Source: an uncultured delta proteobacterium
GTDB taxonomy: Bacteria > Desulfobacterota > Binatia > Binatales > Binataceae
NCBI GenBank assembly: GCA_963765675.1
Contig: CAVXXK010000001.1
Location: 640,001-704,000 of the forward strand
DNA length: 64,000 nucleotides
Reading direction: 5' to 3'
In this document: piece after piece, positions 61,590 through 64,000 of the stretch
Layout: every line of letters starts with the position of its first letter
Numbering within the stretch: position 1 is the stretch's first letter
Notes under the pieces: model-generated
The model's database searches: none
What the model saw: the letters and a program-made list of their open reading frames with translations, nothing else
What the model was told of the DNA's origin: nothing
Made by a program: the position numbers and the translations under genes

Positions 61590-62660
61590 TTACTCTTTGC
61601 CTCCGACCCTGGCGGGTGGCGGAAATGTCGGCGCAGGCCCACCGAGCGGCGCTACACTTGCGATGCGCGCGCGCTGTGCTGCCGATGCGTTAGCGCGAAG
61701 ACTCTGGCGAGAACCCAACCACAGATTTCCGAGTAATATTCCAGTAGCCGCGAGACCGCCTAGCATGGCTGCGCATCGTCCGAATCTCCAGAATCGGTAC
61801 CATCGTGGTGCCGATGCTTGGTTGAGTTGAGCGCGCCGCTCCGTAGGGCCAATCCGCAGATGCTCGTATTCCTCGATTACTTCGTTGACCGTCTTCGCGC
61901 TTACCGAATGCTGTCCGCTCGAATAGGCTGCCAGCATCGCGTTGTGGCACATCACGTTGATGCACCGTGGGATCCCCCGCCCGTGCTCGACGATCTGTTT
62001 GAGCGCCGAGCGTGAGAAGATCTTTTTCGCGTTCCCATTTCGGGTGCGCAGACGATGCTCTATGTACGCGACAGATTCGTCTGGCTCCATCGGATTTAGT
62101 ATCGCGCGCGTGCCGATTCGCTGGTTCAACTGCCGCAGCATCGGTGCCTCAAGCCTGCTAAGGAGAACCGGCTGGCCAATGAGCACGATCTGCAGGCGCT
62201 GCCCGCCGGCCGCGACGTAGTTTGCGAGCAGCCGAAGTTCCTCGAATATCTCGACGCTCAGCCCCTGTGCCTCGTCTAGAATCAACGCGACTCGATCGCC
62301 GGAATCGGTACGCCGCAGCAAGCTCCGGAAGGCGTCGACGCAGTCCAGCTTCGAGGTTGGTGGCGGATCGATGCCCAATTGGCGCAGCGCCATCCGGAAC
62401 AGATCGATCGCGGGAAGCTTCGGATAATTCAGGTAAGCAGCGCGCAAATACTGGTGCCGCTGCGAGAGAACCGAGCAAATGAGCGTCGTCTTTCCAGTCC
62501 CCGGCTCGCCCACCAGCAGGGTATAGCCAGAGGGTTCGTGCAGCAGTCCCCAATCGAGCGCGGCGATGACCTCGCTATGCTCGCGACCGCGATAGAGTGC
62601 GGCGGACGAGACCGCAAAATCGAAGGGAGGGCCGCTCAGACCAAAGTGACGATAATTCAT
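61590..62660 (-). CDS. ExeA-family AAA ATPase (EPS-locus associated)
   Basis: YRHFGL..PPF, GEPGTGKTT, LDEAQ, LIGQP, GIPR.IN. Confidence 0.9.
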   Translation of the reverse strand: MNYRHFGLSGPPFDFAVSSAALYRGREHSEVIAALDWGLLHEPSGYTLLVGEPGTGKTTLICSVLSQRHQYLRAAYLNYPKLPAIDLFRMALRQLGIDPPPTSKLDCVDAFRSLLRRTDSGDRVALILDEAQGLSVEIFEELRLLANYVAAGGQRLQIVLIGQPVLLSRLEAPMLRQLNQRIGTRAILNPMEPDESVAYIEHRLRTRNGNAKKIFSRSALKQIVEHGRGIPRCINVMCHNAMLAAYSSGQHSVSAKTVNEVIEEYEHLRIGPTERRAQLNQASAPRWYRFWRFGRCAAMLGGLAATGILLGNLWLGSRQSLRANASAAQRARIASVAPLGGPAPTFPPPARVGGKE

Positions 62661-62678
62661 GGTCGCGTGGTTCTCTCC

Positions 62679-64000
62679 TCAGCCCTCATCCGCGAAGACC
62701 GCGACGGTCTGGAGTCCCGTCTCTCGCTCGATCGTTACCGTCGAATAAATCTTCGGGTCGCGTCGTTCATCGAACTCGGCGGCGGCAATTCCGAGTCCGG
62801 CTGCGAGCACGAAGCCCACCGCCAAGTTGAGCCACACAATCGGGAAAACCGGACGCAGCGGCAGCTCCGGGGGCCGTGACACGCTAATGTCTAGTATCTT
62901 GTTGGTATTCAGCCCTCCCGCGGCACGCGCTTCTTCGGCTTTACGCACATAGGAGAGATAGGCCTGGCGATCGGTATCAACTTGCTGCCCGAGACGATCT
63001 GATTCGGTTTCGTTTTTGACGAAAAAGCTTAGGCGATCCTGAACTTTGCGGATTTCGTCGGCAAGTTTGTCCTCTGTAGCCTTTCCGGCGGCGGCGCTGG
63101 TTTTGGCGCCAGAAAGATCCGAATCGATCGTGACCCAAGTGGGATTGAGATCGGTGCTTCGCTCACTCACTTCAAGATGGTTTTCGTGGTCGAGGATTTT
63201 CTGTGCTGCGGCGAGCTGCGCATCTATCTCACGAATTCTCTGGCTATTCGGCTGGTAGCGGCTCAGCAAATCGGCCCGCTGCGTTTTCAACTGCATCACC
63301 TGCGGCTTCAATTGGCTCAGAGCAAGGTCCTGAACCGATCGGACTTCCTTGGCTATCCGCTCCGGCGTGTTCTTACGAAGCCCCTCGAGCGCAGCGACTT
63401 GCTCCTCGTCGGAGGCGAGTTGCGCGGTATTCTTGCTCTCCTCGAGTTCCAGTTCCGATAATCGATTGATCAATACCTGGCGCTGCTGGACCAGATCGCT
63501 GATGCCTGTTTGCAACTGGAAGGCGCGCAACTGCTGCTCCGAGACCGCGAGTTTGCCTTGTAGCAACTTCGCCTGTTGTTGAAAGAACTGTTCGGCCTGC
63601 GGATCGTGCGATATCCGCGCATGAACCTCGAGATAATGATTGAGAAGCAGGCTCAGAAACTTCTGTGACCACGCCGGATCGTGCGAGCTGAAGGTCACCT
63701 CGATCACGTTGGACCTTTTGATCACGCTGGAATCGAGATGCTGCGCGAGAGCGTCCGCCCAGCGGTCGCCCGGAGTCATCGTCGGCGCTTCGTGCAGCGC
63801 GCGATATCCCTGGCCGGGCAGCGATAGGATAGCGTCAAAAGCTCCTATAATCTGAGATCCTGGCCCTTCGTACGCTGCCGGCGCACGCAGTCCCGTAATT
63901 GCCTGACGCACCAGGTAATTACTGGTCAGCAACTCGCGCTCCGAGTTGAGATCTTCCTCGGTGATCGGATTAGCGACTACTGCGGGCCGTTCCGGTGAAT
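62679..64000 (-). CDS. Polysaccharide co-polymerase/chain-length determinant (Wzz/GumC-like), 5' end outside the window
   Basis: SNVIEVTF, long coiled coil, Pro-rich PPELPLRPVFP before a C-terminal TM helix. Confidence 0.85.
   Translation of the reverse strand, partial: SPERPAVVANPITEEDLNSERELLTSNYLVRQAITGLRAPAAYEGPGSQIIGAFDAILSLPGQGYRALHEAPTMTPGDRWADALAQHLDSSVIKRSNVIEVTFSSHDPAWSQKFLSLLLNHYLEVHARISHDPQAEQFFQQQAKLLQGKLAVSEQQLRAFQLQTGISDLVQQRQVLINRLSELELEESKNTAQLASDEEQVAALEGLRKNTPERIAKEVRSVQDLALSQLKPQVMQLKTQRADLLSRYQPNSQRIREIDAQLAAAQKILDHENHLEVSERSTDLNPTWVTIDSDLSGAKTSAAAGKATEDKLADEIRKVQDRLSFFVKNETESDRLGQQVDTDRQAYLSYVRKAEEARAAGGLNTNKILDISVSRPPELPLRPVFPIVWLNLAVGFVLAAGLGIAAAEFDERRDPKIYSTVTIERETGLQTVAVFADEG

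Overview
GC-rich bacterial chromosomal DNA. The gene repertoire (many acyl-CoA dehydrogenases, amidohydrolases, GSTs, LLM monooxygenase, wHTH-AAA-TPR regulator) resembles soil Ca. Binatota/Deltaproteobacteria-like genomes; this taxonomy is inference only. No rRNA, tRNA or CRISPR array was seen. 1-40 kb: a GT4 gene and glgP, then a fluoride-response locus with TWO fluoride (crcB-motif) riboswitches, each with its own terminator. One precedes ilvD (dihydroxy-acid dehydratase) and the other precedes DUF190-CBS/crcB, followed by an amidohydrolase and a GST. Next come a REP-associated tyrosine transposase (RAYT) with its REPs between truncated gene remnants, a parS-like palindrome, and assorted catabolic genes including a monooxygenase-lactonase fusion. 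A STAND-type regulator sits opposite a cupredoxin gene with heptamer operator-like repeats between them. 40-64 kb: an operon with a sigma54-type promoter (deacetylase, FkbH, LbH acyltransferase, ACP, deacetylase-like, TylF-like), an NtrC/histidine kinase pair, and a convergent Wzx-type exopolysaccharide cluster with amino-sugar genes. Three genes carry single-base frameshifts, which may be assembly errors. Best candidates for undescribed biology: fluoride-riboswitch control of ilvD, and the FkbH/ACP glyceryl-tailoring cassette beside the EPS cluster.
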